A stretch of 63,475 bases of DNA, counting the filler, from Octopus bimaculoides (lineage: Eukaryota), in the NCBI RefSeq assembly GCF_001194135.2. It is 5 parts of 5 records of this genome, joined end to end, with 100 filler letters (N's around TTAATTAATTAA, not from the genome) between each part and the next. Parts side by side here need not be neighbours in the genome. Positions count along the whole stretch, not along the records: positions 1 to 21,788 come from NC_068981.1; 4 more parts are not named here. One strand, 5' to 3'. Under the pieces are notes generated by a model, which worked only from the letters and a program-made list of their open reading frames with translations, was not told the origin of the DNA and made no database searches. Positions 1-12,730 of this stretch are shown one piece after another (position 1 is the stretch's first letter; the number at the start of each line of letters is the position of its first letter). Both the position numbers and the translations under genes were made by a program.

Positions 1-249
1 GCTAAAGACCGAGGTTACCGTGGTCTTTTCGTAGGTTTTTCTTTCCACGGATAACCTCCCCATTTATTGGGAATTTTTTGTATTATTTCGTATTTTTTGT
101 AAATACCCCAAACGTTTTGCGATGTATTTTTTCATCGTTGTCCCCACTTTTGTTTTTTTTCTGCTTTGTTTTCGACCCCCTCGAAAAGAAAAACTCTACA
201 TTTGTATTTTGTCCCCTCTGTGTTGAGCCCTGTGTGGCTAATAAAGAAA
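1..249 (+). mobile_element. Probable T-rich 3' end of a retroelement
   Basis: T-rich segment with a small hairpin (ggttaccgtgg...ccacggataacc, 13-58). It ends in ctaataaagaaac directly before a (TATC)n microsatellite. Family not identified. Confidence 0.25.
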
Positions 250-480
250 CCTATCTATCTATCTATCTATCTATCTGTCTGTCTATCTGTCTGTCTGTCT
301 ATCTACCTGTCTGGTTAGTTAGCTGTCTGTTTTTCAGTCTATCTATCTGTCAGTCTATCAATCTATTTATCTGTGCATAAGCATCTACCTGGCTATCTAC
401 CTATCTAATTGTCTCTCTGTTTCTGTTTCCCCATCTATCTATCTGTCTATCTATCTATGCGTCTATATGTCTATATATAT
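250..480. repeat. (TATC)n/(TGTC)n compound microsatellite
   Basis: Visible directly in the sequence. Confidence 0.9.
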
Positions 481-769
481 AATTAATCTAATAATCTGAT
501 TGTGTCTCTATCTGTCTGTTTGTCTAGCAATCTCATCTCATCTCGTCTCTGTCTATCAAGCTAGTTAGCTATATATCAATCTACGTCTCTCTTTCATTCC
601 CTCTTTCCCTTACCCCCTCACCTTCTCTCGTTCTCTCTTTCCTCCTCATTTTTCTCTTTCTTTGTCTATTCTTCCCACTCTCTTCCTTGGCGTTCTAACC
701 ACCATCACCACCACTCCTACCCACCGTACTATCAACCAGCATCATCAACTAACTCTATGGCTTTTACGT

Positions 770-958
770 GGCTGCTTGCTTTGCCAGAGATAACAGCCAA
801 ATCTCCCTCAATGCATACAGTATCACGTCTTAGAAAAGGACACGCTAGATAATGTGATCCTAGGTTCTGAGCACATGAAAATAGACACAATGGTCACGGT
901 TGGAATGGTTTTTATCATAGACACTTCATGTTTGAACTGGGGTTAAACAACAATAAAA
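770..958 (+). mobile_element. Dispersed repeat fragment (SINE/LINE-tail-like)
   Basis: Similar blocks (acagccaaat..ctc...aaaggaca..tagataat...atggtcac...aaacaacaa) recur at about 35410-35550, 43235-43390 and, inverted, at 7090-7300. Confidence 0.55.
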
Positions 959-991
959 ATTTACTACACTTATAGCAAATACGTCACACCC

Positions 992-1051
<60 letters not shown>

Positions 1052-1167
1052 GGTGGTGTTGGTGGTGGTGGTGGTGGTGGTGGTGGTGGTAGTGGTGGTT
1101 TTCGGCGGCGGCAGTAGTAGTGATAGTAGTAGTAATCTAATACCACTACCAAAACCACCACCATTTG

Positions 1168-1199
<32 letters not shown>

Positions 1200-1310
1200 A
1201 TGAACCACTAGCATCCAAATTACAACTACTACCACCAGAACCAACACAGTCTGTACTACTACTACTACTACTACTGCTGCTGCTACTACTACTAGACCAC
1301 CACCGTAACA
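992..1310. repeat. (AGT)n/(GGT)n/(ACT)n trinucleotide microsatellites
   Basis: Visible directly; explains the poly-L/poly-P ORF at 970-1164. Confidence 0.9.
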
Positions 1311-1509
1311 CTACCAAACACTTCAACAAACACTTCGACCACAACCAACATTATGTGCCACCACTACTACCATAGCCACCCCTATACTACCGCTAATACT
1401 AATTACAGACAAAACTACTACCACCACCACACTGCAATTAGCTACACCACTGCAAATGAAATGATACGCGATGTGAGTTAACACGTTCACAAAATACTCA
1501 GACACGAAC

Positions 1510-2030
1510 ATTCATACATGCTCACATAAACGCACGCACAGACGTGCACGCACACTCACGTAAACACATAAGCATATACACATATAAGCATACAGACATA
1601 AACACGCAGAAACGCATATGCATACACAATCACTCATATAAACACACACAAACACACACAAGCATACATAAATACACATAGACACAAACGAACATGCGCG
1701 CATACAACCATTCACAAGCGAATACGTACATAAGGCTCACAGACATACACACAATAGCATACTGACATAGGGATAAAAGCACACGTGCACATATGCACAT
1801 ATATGGAAACACACAGACATACAGACACAACCTCATAGAAACACATACACAAACCCACATGCACATAAACACACAAACGTACACGCTCTCATGCACACAT
1901 GCAAACATCCATGCACAAACACATTGAGGAACACACAGATACATAAACACACACACACACACACACACAACCATATATACAAACACATATGCTCACTAAA
2001 ACAAAAGACATACACTTACACACACACACG

Positions 2031-2063
<33 letters not shown>
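1510..2063. repeat. Degenerate (CA)n-rich tract
   Basis: Visible directly; ends in pure (CA)n at a gap. Confidence 0.9.
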
Positions 2064-2583
2064 NNNNNNNNNNNNNNNNNNNNNNNNNNNNNNNNNNNNN
2101 NNNNNNNNNNNNNNNNNNNNNNNNNNNNNNNNNNNNNNNNNNNNNNNNNNNNNNNNNNNNNNNNNNNNNNNNNNNNNNNNNNNNNNNNNNNNNNNNNNNN
2201 NNNNNNNNNNNNNNNNNNNNNNNNNNNNNNNNNNNNNNNNNNNNNNNNNNNNNNNNNNNNNNNNNNNNNNNNNNNNNNNNNNNNNNNNNNNNNNNNNNNN
2301 NNNNNNNNNNNNNNNNNNNNNNNNNNNNNNNNNNNNNNNNNNNNNNNNNNNNNNNNNNNNNNNNNNNNNNNNNNNNNNNNNNNNNNNNNNNNNNNNNNNN
2401 NNNNNNNNNNNNNNNNNNNNNNNNNNNNNNNNNNNNNNNNNNNNNNNNNNNNNNNNNNNNNNNNNNNNNNNNNNNNNNNNNNNNNNNNNNNNNNNNNNNN
2501 NNNNNNNNNNNNNNNNNNNNNNNNNNNNNNNNNNNNNNNNNNNNNNNNNNNNNNNNNNNNNNNNNNNNNNNNNNNNNNNNNNN

Positions 2584-3325
2584 GTATGTATGTATGTATG
2601 TATGTATATATGTATGTATGTATGTATATATGTATGTATGTATGAATGCATGTATGTATGTATGTATGTATGTATGTATGTATATATGTATGTATGTATG
2701 TATATATGTATGTATGTATATATGTATGTATGTATATATGTATGTATGTATATATGTATGTATGTATGAATGCATGTATGTATGTATGTATGTATGTATG
2801 TATATATGTATGTATGTATGTATATATGTATGTATGTATGTATATATGTATGTATGTATGTATGAATGCATGTATGTGTTGTGTGTGTGTGCGTGTGGTA
2901 CATTGGAGTATGTGTGCATCTTCCTGCATGTAAGTCTGTCTTTTTGTGTGTATGTCTGTCTTTCTGTATGCATGCGTGTACATCTGTGTGTATGTATGTG
3001 TGTATGTGTGTGTGTGTGGAACATTGGAGTGGAACATTGGAGTGGAACATTGGAGTGGAACATTGGAGTGGAACATTGTGTGCATCTGCCAGCATGTGTA
3101 TATGTTTATCTGTCTTCTGTGTGCATATCTATCATGTCTTTCTATATGTATGCGTGTACATTTGTGTGCATGTGTGCGTGTGTGTGTGTGTGTGTGTGTG
3201 GTATATTGGAGTATTGTGTGCGTCTGCCAGCATGTGTGTATGTTTATCTGTCTTTCTGTGTGTATGTCTATTATGTCTTTCTATATGTATGCGTGTACAT
3301 TTGTGTGTATGTATGAGTGTGTGTG
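2584..3325. repeat. (TATG)n tract, then three about 130-bp higher-order units with an internal 13-bp repeat (GTGGAACATTGGA x4.8 at 3016-3078)
   Basis: Units at about 2885-3015, 3068-3195 and 3195-3325 share tgtgtgc.tc..ccagcatgt...gcgtgtacat. The 13-mer copies are contiguous, with no spacers. Confidence 0.85.
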
Positions 3326-3722
3326 TCTGGGTGTGTATAAGTGTTGTTAGTTAATAATGTTATTTCTTTATAAATTTAGTTTCTTCAATTTTTAGACCAA
3401 TCGACAATTCATTTCATATGTGATTAAAATGACATATATAAAANNNNNNNNNNNNNNNNNNNNNNNNNNNNNNNNNNNNNNNNNNNNNNNNNNNNNNNNN
3501 NNNNNNNNNNNNNNNNNNNNNNNNNNNNNNNNNNNNNNNNNNNNNNNNNNNNNNNNNNNNNNNNNNNNNNNNNNNNNNNNNNNNNNNNNNNNNNNNNNNN
3601 NNNNNNNNNNNNNNNNNNNNNNNNNNNNNNNNNNNNNNNNNNNNNNNNNNNNNNNNNNNNNNNNNNNNNNNNNNNNNNNNNNNNNNNNNNNNNNNNNNNN
3701 NNNNNNNNNNNNNNNNNNNNNN

Positions 3723-3831
3723 GAGAGACAGAGAGAGACATAGGTGGACAGTCAGAGAGACAGAGAGACAGTTAGACAGAGAGACAGTTAGACAGAGAGC
3801 CAGTTAGACAGACAGACAAACATAAAGACAA

Positions 3832-3895
<64 letters not shown>

Positions 3896-3987
3896 ACTGA
3901 CAGTCAGTGAGACAGACAGAAAGATAGACCAACCGAGAGACAGGGAGACACATAGGTGGACAGTCAGAAAAATAGAGCCAGTTAGGC

Positions 3988-4038
<51 letters not shown>
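3723..4038. repeat. (GATA)n/(GACA)n compound repeat with a duplicated 30-bp unit
   Basis: gaga.acataggtggacagtcag occurs twice (about 3730-3753 and 3945-3966), each followed by (GATA)n. Confidence 0.85.
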
Positions 4039-4041
<3 letters not shown>

Positions 4042-5149
4042 GAGAATTACATAGAAGAATGAGAATTGAGACATGGGAAAGGAGAGTGTGTAAGAAAGGG
4101 GGGAAAATGGAAAAATTAAAAAAATAAAGAAAAACTACTAATAAATAGAGAGAGATAATAGACAGGCTCAATGAGTGAAATAGAGAAAATGCGAGAAAGC
4201 TGAAGAGATGAGCGGAGAGAGAATAAGAGAGAGAAATGAGTGAAATTGAATGAGAGAAGAAAGGAGAGGGGCAAAGACAGGGAGACAGAAACAGAGACAA
4301 AGAAAGGGGGACAAATCGAAAGAGAGCAGACATTATAACAGTATAATACAATATAATTTTGTGAAAACTAAGAGGAATAAATAGAAGTCAAATTAAGATC
4401 TAGTCTGGTCAATGAAAGTGTTTCACCGAAGTTATATATNNNNNNNNNNNNNNNNNNNNNNNNNNNNNNNNNNNNNNNNNNNNNNNNNNNNNNNNNNNNN
4501 NNNNNNNNNNNNNNNNNNNNNNNNNNNNNNNNNNNNNNNNNNNNNNNNNNNNNNNNNNNNNNNNNNNNNNNNNNNNNNNNNNNNNNNNNNNNNNNNNNNN
4601 NNNNNNNNNNNNNNNNNNNNNNNNNNNNNNNNNNNNNNNNNNNNNNNNNNNNNNNNNNNNNNNNNNNNNNNNNNNNNNNNNNNNNNNNNNNNNNNNNNNN
4701 NNNNNNNNNNNNNNNNNNNNNNNNNNNNNNNNNNNNNNNNNNNNNNNNNNNNNNNNNNNNNNNNNNNNNNNNNNNNNNNNNNNNNNNNNNNNNNNNNNNN
4801 NNNNNNNNNNNNNNNNNNNNNNNNNNNNNNNNNNNNNNNNNNNNNNNNNNNNNNNNNNNNNNNNNNNNNNNNNNNNNNNNNNNNNNNNNNNNNNNNNNNN
4901 NNNNNNNNNNNNNNNNNNNNNNNNNNNNNNNNNNNNNNNNNNNNNNNNNNNNNNNNNNNNNNNNNNNNNNNNNNNNNNNNNNNNNNNNNNNNNNNNNNNN
5001 NNNNNNNNNNNNNNNNNNNNNNNNNNNNNNNNNNNNNATATATATATATATATATATATATATATACGTACAAATGTAGATATGTATGTATATAGATAGA
5101 GTCAATCATAACTCAAAAGTTTGCTCGTAAAATATTTAGTAACATTATC

Positions 5150-6215
5150 TTACACGTATTTCACTAACAATGAAAAATATGTTTTATAAATGATACCTTA
5201 TAACCAGATTATATTGTCAAATCTTCAGAGATTTCATAACTCTTATTAGTATTGTATAGGATTGATAGTGTGCTGCACGCAGTGTAACGATATTAACGAC
5301 CATATTACATTATGCCTCATAGGAAGATAATATCTGGAAGACATTCTCTCACAGCTGGCAATAATGTGAGTGGTGTTTTCAGTCTTGGTCTTGCAGAGCT
5401 TATATTTGTTGTCTGTCAACGTTTTCTGTTTTTAATGCTGTAGGTACTAGACAGGAATCTCTTCTTCTTGGATTGCATGGATGTTGCCTTCGGTACTCCA
5501 TACCAAGCTTTTAACATGATGAGTCCCTTCTGTGGCTTGTGTTTTACGTGCCAAGTACCCTTGTACTATCTTCTCTGTGAACCGGTCCATATTTTTTTCT
5601 GTTGCTCTGATAAATAGATTTTACCAATGCTCCCTGGGGAGCGATCTGTATCAGTTCTTATTTCATACCTCTCAAGTTCATTTGCTATCTTAATTATGTT
5701 GTTGGTTTCGTGGTCACAGACTTGGGTAAGATAGTTACTGGTCTCTTTTCTCTGCTGCACATGTTGTTTCAGTGTCACAATCCGTGCTTTATCAGTACAG
5801 ATTTAAGACCATGACCACCACCCTTGTGGGAGAAGTATAAGCTGTCTACATCTCCATTAAAGTTGAAGTTTCCTGTAATACTGAGCAGCTTGCGAGTTCG
5901 AACGTCTATCTCATTGAGTTTTTGCAGTGACCAGTTTAGAAGGTCAAACGTAGGTGTGAGGACAAGCACTCCAAAGGTGTTATGGGCAACATGCTTGTTG
6001 TAAGCTGAGAGTTCTGATGACCATATTCTTTTCACACTCCTAAGGTATACAATTGTGATCCTCTCCTTATTTGTGGGTCCATCATATATGACATTCTTAT
6101 CTTTCCCGAGATACCTATAATTGTCACCTATAGAAGTTGTATTGTCAATCCGTTCATTCTTAGGTTTTCAGAGGAGGGCACAACTTTTCCGTTAAAAATA
6201 CACATTTGGACTCAC
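5150..6215 (-). mobile_element. Degraded R4/Dong-like RLE non-LTR retrotransposon fragment (RT C-terminus to zinc knuckle)
   Basis: Translates across frameshifts as YRYLGKD, KRIWSSELSAYNK, DVDSLY...GGGHGLKSV, EGNIHAIQEEEI, ENTTHIIASCERMSSRYYLPMRHN. Colinear with the copy at 57660-59620. Confidence 0.85.
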
Positions 6216-6914
6216 CAAATTTCATCCCAATATCTATAGAAAACTGGGTCAGAAGGCCCAATTGGTTTTTACGTGGTTGATATTTGGCTCATACGCAATC
6301 AAATAATTTGATGTTAATTGAATGAATCGCATATTCAGAGGGTATAAAAGTAATAAATGTTGGCCTTATAATTGTGTGACCCCTCAAGTAACTGGCTATT
6401 TTCTCCAATATTATACAAAAATAAATAATAATAAGACCGCCTACCTAACATTATTCAAACTGTCCGAAACATTCAATTCAAAACCCAGATTATTTCATCA
6501 AGACATCGTCAATCATACGCTCAACTAACTTTTAATACAATGCTATCTCACCGCCCAAAGCCTACAATAATCACTATTCGCTACTTTTCATCTACAGAAT
6601 ATCCCCGTCTGAAATTATTTTTACGATCACATTTTTTTTCTGGAGACATATACTTGCAGATTTTCATTTCGAGCTAAATATAAGCTGTTTGAAGCTCACC
6701 AGTCTCGAACGGTCTGGTCATTGGCATAGTAGGACACTAACTGAGGCGGCATAGGAAAAAAATGGACATTTCACCGACAAAATTAACCAGTTAGCACCTT
6801 ACAACATCGTTTGACAAGCACTCTTCCTAAGTTTAACCCAGTGTTACAGCTCATTCGAACACAAAGAAAGCATGCCTCACAATCTAATATCATACAACCC
6901 AATGATATAAATCT

Positions 6915-6970
6915 CTGCAAATAACACAGTTTCAGCTCATATTTGCGCTTCATCAGTTACATTTCGAGAA
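6915..6970 (-). ncRNA. Hammerhead-ribozyme-like core (possibly a degenerate remnant)
   Basis: Minus strand reads CTGATGA-agc(gcaaatatga)gct-GAAA-c-tgt-gtt. The core boxes and a 3-bp stem II are present; stem I pairing is poor. Confidence 0.3.
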
Positions 6971-7318
6971 CCTCGCTGGAAGTGGCTGCGGTAAGAAATT
7001 TAGTTCTGCGACCAAAGCAACAGGCCCCTAAGACCGACGGATCCGTCTCTATCAGCTGACTTTATTTTATAAACTGTTTCAAAGCTTTCTATCGCTAGGT
7101 TGAAACGATGAAGCAGATTTTTGTTGTTTAGTACCCAAACAGCTCTTTACTAAGCAACCTATGATCAAAGGAACTCCGGCATAACCATTTGTTTTTCTTT
7201 TATAAGTATTGCAGGACTCCATTATCTAATATGTCCTTTCCTTTTTCAAATTTCATTGTATGATTAAAGGAAATCTGGCTGCAATTTCTAGCAAATCGAG
7301 AGTCTGTGGAGAGCAGAG

Positions 7319-7555
7319 CAGTGGTTCTCAACCGAAGTCCATATGGTCTTTGGAGGTTTATAATAAGACTTTGTTGTTAGAATTTATGTGAAATATATCG
7401 GTTATACTTCTGAAGTACACAAAATATTTTAAATATTTTTTATACAATTCTTAATATTTAATAATAAAAATATAAAAGGACTTTTTAAACTTCGAATATT
7501 TATTAGGGTCCGTCCGAGTAAAATAGGAATCAAAGGGTTCCATACGTAATCCACT
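7319..7555 (+). mobile_element. hAT-type MITE, 3' end eroded
   Basis: Begins CAGTGGTTCTCAAC. Homologous to 17336-17570; the 3' TIR (gctgagaaccacta) is seen in the partial copy at 21889-21940. Confidence 0.65.
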
Positions 7556-8734
7556 GGTGTGGAGATTCCCTCAATTAGGTGGCTCTTGTTGAAAAGGTAA
7601 TATGATGGATGAGGCTAAATATGCCGAGGACAAGGCATTCCTTCTGCAAGGAATCATTTATTAAAGCAAGATAAAAGGTGAAGACGGAGAGAGTATTATT
7701 CAAGAGAAAAATGTCTTTTCATGTTTCTACTTTATCGTGGAATACAATTGTGTCTACTGACTATGCCTAACTTACTATAGACGCCGAAATTATTTAAATT
7801 GATCTCAGTGGCCTTTTGAAAGGATTCAAGATCTATACTGAGTTTATTTCCCTAAAATATCAGTGAATGATTTCTCAAATGTTAACATCAATACCACGAA
7901 GAATTACTAGAACATAAAATAATCCCACTACACACATTTCATCGCAAAGCATCAACGACAGAAAGTATCTTTTGTTAAGAATATTGGATCTAATTCCACG
8001 TAAATAAAAAGAAATTGTAGAAATGTATAAACAAAACCTGAAGCCATATTCAGCAGAAATAATCACCCGTAAAGTAAGCTAGAGAGACATGGGTCACAGT
8101 AGCTCAAATGTTTTAGTTATATGTATGACTCCGGTTTATGTTCAGACAGAGACGTATATAGAAAATACAATCACCTTAAAATGTGAATTTATCGATATTC
8201 ACAGGCTACCACTTGAGAATCATGTAAAACACCATTTGCTAGAAACAGTTAAGAAATGTACAGATTTGATAACATTAGCCATCGATCATAGATTTAATGA
8301 ATACTTGACACACATTGGATGTTCCCAATGTATAAACATTGAATTCTGTATTGTTTTATGCTCGAGATAGTTTACAACGACATTCGTAAACTAAAAAAAA
8401 AATCGATCAAAATAAGCAGACACATCATTAAAATATACTCAGTTTCTTCCAAAGTAAGCTCGACAGACCACAAAGAATGTTTCACTAGTTGGATATTATC
8501 ATTAAGTGTATAGCAAAGAGGAAATTTACAAGCCACCAACTGAGATTTAGCTGTATCTTATCTAAATCTTTCGAGAACTGCTGATTACAGAAACTTGAGT
8601 ACCCCATGAACCTCAAACTATATGTAGTGAGTGGAAAACCACGTTACCAGGAAAGAGAAAAGATATTAAAAATAGGATTGTCCTCTTTAAGTTTGCAAAC
8701 CGTATACTATCAATATGATAATGTCGAAGTTATG

Positions 8735-8741
<7 letters not shown>

Positions 8742-8804
<63 letters not shown>

Positions 8805-8905
8805 NNNNNNNNNNNNNNNNNNNNNNNNNNNNNNNNNNNNNNNNNNNNNNNNNNNNNNNNNNNATATAGATGCAACATATATATATACATACATACATAC
8901 ATACA

Positions 8906-8939
<34 letters not shown>

Positions 8940-8965
8940 CATACATACATATATACATATATGTA
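8742..8965. repeat. (TG)n and (CATA)n microsatellites around a gap
   Basis: Visible directly. Confidence 0.9.
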
Positions 8966-8967
8966 CA

Positions 8968-10330
8968 TAATAGAGCTGTCTATGTACGGGCTAAAATTAA
9001 CCAAAGACATACAGCCTAAAGGAAGCACCCAAAATCTCTCCAATCTGAATTTCCACAAAGCAGACTGGAAATCGATCCAAAAAGAGATCCTCAGACAGGA
9101 CTGGCCGAAATGTCTCTCACGAGACATTGGCAGCTATGCAAACTATATGCCAGAAATGTGTCCCAGAGCACAAGGCCAACACAAAAAGGAACAAGATTCC
9201 AAAGGAGAGGAAGATCCTTATGAGACGACAGACTAAGGTTACAAATCGCTTCAACCAACATCCCAAAAGTAGTGAAAGGCCTCACCTAAAAACAACACTG
9301 ATGGAGATTGAAAGAAGCCTGCAACAATCCTATGTGAGGGAGAAAGCAGACAAAGAAGCCTGGGTTATAAAAAATAGTAAGTCAAACCCAAAGGCCTTCT
9401 TTCATTATGCCAAAGAAACAGCCTCAGTGCGCTGCAAAATAAGACCCCTCTTCCAAAAGGATGGCTCCCTCAAAGATAGTCCAACAAGGATCAGTGAGAT
9501 ACTGAATGACCAGTTCAAAAGTATCTTTACCACCCCGTTGGAACATAGACAAGTGAACGAACCAGTGGATTTCTTTGCCGCCGCACATATAACCAGCGAG
9601 GCAGTTACGATGGATTACATCGACATTAGTGAAGAAGATATACTACTAGCCATTGATGAGGTGGACGCAAACTCAACTGCTGGTCCTGATGGTTTCCCAG
9701 CAATTCTCCTCAAACTATGAAAGCGTACCCTGGCGAAACCACTACAGATTCTCTTCCAGAGCTTTCTTGCAAATGGCAGGCTGCCAAGTAAATTGAAGGA
9801 GGGAATAATATGCCCAATACAGAACAGATGCTAAAAATTATAGGCCAGTCTCTCTGACTTCATATATCAGCAGTCATGGAACGGATAGTTAGATGGAAAC
9901 TAATCGCATTCCTTGAAGTAAACGACTTGCTGAGTGATACCCAGCTTGGCGTTCGACCAGGTTGGAGCTGCTTAACCCAGCTCTTACGGCACTATCACTG
10001 GGTGTTGAGACAGTTACTAAATAACTCAAATGCGGACATAATATAACTTGACTTTGCAACAGCTTTTGATAAAGTGGATCATGGTATGATTTGCCACAAA
10101 CTGCGTGATCTCGGCATAGCTGGAAAACCTGGAGAGTGGTTACATGACTTTCTGAAAGATAGAAGTCAGGCAGTAGTGGCCAATGGAGCCACCTCAAAGA
10201 AAATGCAAATAGTGAGTGGTGTTCCACAGGGCACTGTCTTGGGACCACTGCTTTTCATAGTGGCCCTCTCAGATATGCCCTCAGCTGCCCGGATAGCCAC
10301 CCTTGCTAGCTACGCAGACGATACGAAAGT
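8968..10330 (+). mobile_element. CR1/L2-group LINE ORF2 fragment (post-APE region to the RT YADD motif), disabled
   Basis: NFHKADW, SNPKAFFHY, GPDGFPAILLK, DFATAFDKVDH, SGVPQGTVLGPLLF, YADDTKV. Contains stops and frameshifts and ends abruptly after YADDTKV. Confidence 0.93.
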
Positions 10331-11069
10331 TCCTCTCTTAATATTATTCCATAATATTATTGTTTTAATCTAGTATTTACTACCCTAAACGTTTTAGGGC
10401 CCCTTACAATATACACCATCTTTCTATTCATTAATATATTTATCTTACCCCGTATAACGGTCTCAATAGCTGTTTTTTTGTTTTTAAATTTCAACTGACC
10501 AAATACATCGAACGTTGGACCATGGCCTATCTCACTTCGGACAACAGGTGGAAGGGCTTAACTACCTACTAGTAAATCAATAAATTGTATCTAACCGATT
10601 AGCACGTCTTGTCTTTAGGAAGGAGTGGAAGAAAGAAAGATAGATAGCCGTTGGTCACGTGTGAACGACGAGAGAGTCGAGGAGGAAGAGTGAGAGAGAT
10701 AGGGAATGGTGAAGGGTAGAGGAGAAGAATTAGAAAAAGGGTGGGAGAGGAAAACAGAAAGGATAAGAACAAGAGAGGGACATAGAATAGAGATAGGTTG
10801 TAGAGTGCGCATATATNNNNNNNNNNNNNNNNNNNNNNNNNNNNNNNNNNNNNNNNNNNNNNNNNNNNNNNNNNNNNNNNNNNNNNNNNNNNNNNNNNNN
10901 NNNNNNNNNNNNNNNNNNNNNNNNNNNNNNNNNNNNNNNNNNNNNNNNNNNNNNNNNNNNNNNNNNNNNNNNNNNNNNNNNNNNNNNNNNNNNNNNNNNN
11001 NNNNNNNNNNNNNNNNNNNNNNNNNNNNNNNNNNNNNNNNNNNNNNNNNNNNNNNNNNNNNNNNNNNNN

Positions 11070-12024
11070 TGGGGTAGGAACGCCTTTGGCAGTAATTATA
11101 GCTTGAATTCTACGTAGTATTGATTCGGAGAAAGTTTGAATTGTTTCCAAAGGAATTTTTGTCCATTCTTCAGCCAAAACAGTCTCCAGTTCTTGTAGTG
11201 ATGATGGTGGATGATATCAACTCCTTACTTATTTTTCTAAAATGCACCATAAATGTTCAATAACATTGAGATCTGGGGACTGTGGTAGCCAGATAAGATG
11301 TTCAACTTCACTAGAATGTTCCTCGTGCCATTCAGTAACAACTTTAGCTGTGTGAATTGGTGCATTATTATCCTGAAAGATTGCGTTTCCCTCTGCCATG
11401 AAGGGAAACCATTGGGCTGGCGGTTTTCCAAGATATAGCCCCCGAGATCATCACAGACTCTCCTCGGTGTTTAACAGTTGAAAGAAGGCAGTCCTTGGTC
11501 AAATGCTTATTTTGGCTGTCACCACTCGTATACTTGGCCGGTGGTCGGAAATAAGGTAAAGGATAACTCGTCCGAGAAAATAACATTCTTCCACTGCTCT
11601 AGGGACCAATTCGGTTGGCTTTTTCTCCACTCAAAACGCTTTGCAACGTTTGTTTTTGAAAACAGTGGTTTTCTGATTGCAACCAGCCCGTGAAATCTGG
11701 CTTTGTGCAGCTCCCGGCGAACAGCTTTTGTGGAAACTGGATTCTCGATATGTTCATTGTGCTCTGCAGTAATTTTAGGAGCTTTGCTTTTGTGATCCTT
11801 TCTAAAAATTCGCGTAAGAGTCCGACGGTTCGTATCTGAAAGTTTTGGTTTTCTTCCGGAGTTTTGTTTCGACGAGGAGTTTTTTCCCTCTTTCTCAAAG
11901 GCTGTCATTACTTTCGAGACTGTACTTCTTGATACACCAAACATTTCGACTGTTTCGTTACGATACCGCCTGCCATACGAGCACCAACAATTTGAGCTGT
12001 TTGGAAGTGCGATAGATCTGTCAT
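11070..12024 (-). pseudogene. Tc1-family transposase pseudogene with DD36E-type spacing
   Basis: MTDLSHFQTAQIVGARMAG, GVSRSTVSKV, GRKPKLS, WKNVIFSDE, FQDNNAPIH, PQSPDLNVIEHLW, AKGVPTP. Carries a frameshift, an internal deletion and an in-frame stop; the 3' end runs into a gap and no TIRs were seen. Confidence 0.93.
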
Positions 12025-12185
12025 TTTAATGAATTTTAATTACCTTGTTCTGATGATATCTGAAAAGAAATAACAATTTTAGCAAAACATATTAAGCAAC
12101 ACTAATAATAAATCAAAGAACAAAAATAATTAAGCTTATGACGGTTTTATAGATATTTCAAAATTATGATGCTAGGATGCTAGGT

Positions 12186-12388
12186 GCATTTGATTGCGGC
12201 CATGCTGGAGCACTGCCTTAAAGGGTTTTAGTCGAAGAAATCGACTCCAGGACTTATTCTTTGTAAGCCTAGTACTTATTATATCGGACTTTTTTGCCGA
12301 ACCGCTAAGTTACGGGGACGTACACACATCAACATCGGTTGTCAAGTGATGGTAGGGAGACAACACAGATACAAAGACACACACATAA
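12186..12388 (-). mobile_element. Main tRNA-derived SINE (family 1), 3' half
   Basis: Reverse complement of the body and tail of the copies at 19034-19406 and 43402-43950. Confidence 0.9.
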
Positions 12389-12399
12389 ATACACGCTTT

Positions 12400-12612
12400 G
12401 CGGGAAGAGCTATTCTAAGGGCGCGTTCTGCCTCATCTTCGAAATGCCTAGTTTAGAATTGAGGCAGCTGATGAAGGAAAAGTTCCATACGTGGCTTTTC
12501 TGTTTTCCTATGTGTTCATTCTGTTGTCCGTAAAAAAGTCTGTTTTTTGTGCTTTTTTTATGTTCCTGTTCCTTTTTTGTCTACGTTTTTTTATGTCCTG
12601 TACCCGGATATA
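12400..12612 (+). mobile_element. 3'-terminal repeat fragment, possibly Penelope-like; second copy at about 24670-24900 (minus)
   Basis: Both copies share tcgaaatg...ggcagc...ctgttttcc...gtcctgtaccc and are followed by a TA-rich microsatellite. Confidence 0.5.
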
Positions 12613-12691
12613 CATCTATATATACATGCAGATGTAGGTATGTACATATATGTATGTATATATGCATATGCTCACATATTATTTGTATTAT

Positions 12692-12730
<39 letters not shown>

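Noticed and set aside
3016-3078. 13-bp direct repeat array resembling a CRISPR
   Set aside because: No spacers, repeat too short, eukaryotic context, no cas genes.
970-4351. Long CVCV/YIYI/HTHT/poly-L ORFs here and throughout the window
   Set aside because: Translations of microsatellites, open in several frames on both strands.
8089-8370. ORF containing TITLKCEF, similar to an Ig B-strand
   Set aside because: No C-strand Trp, no F-strand YxC, and no good donor site.
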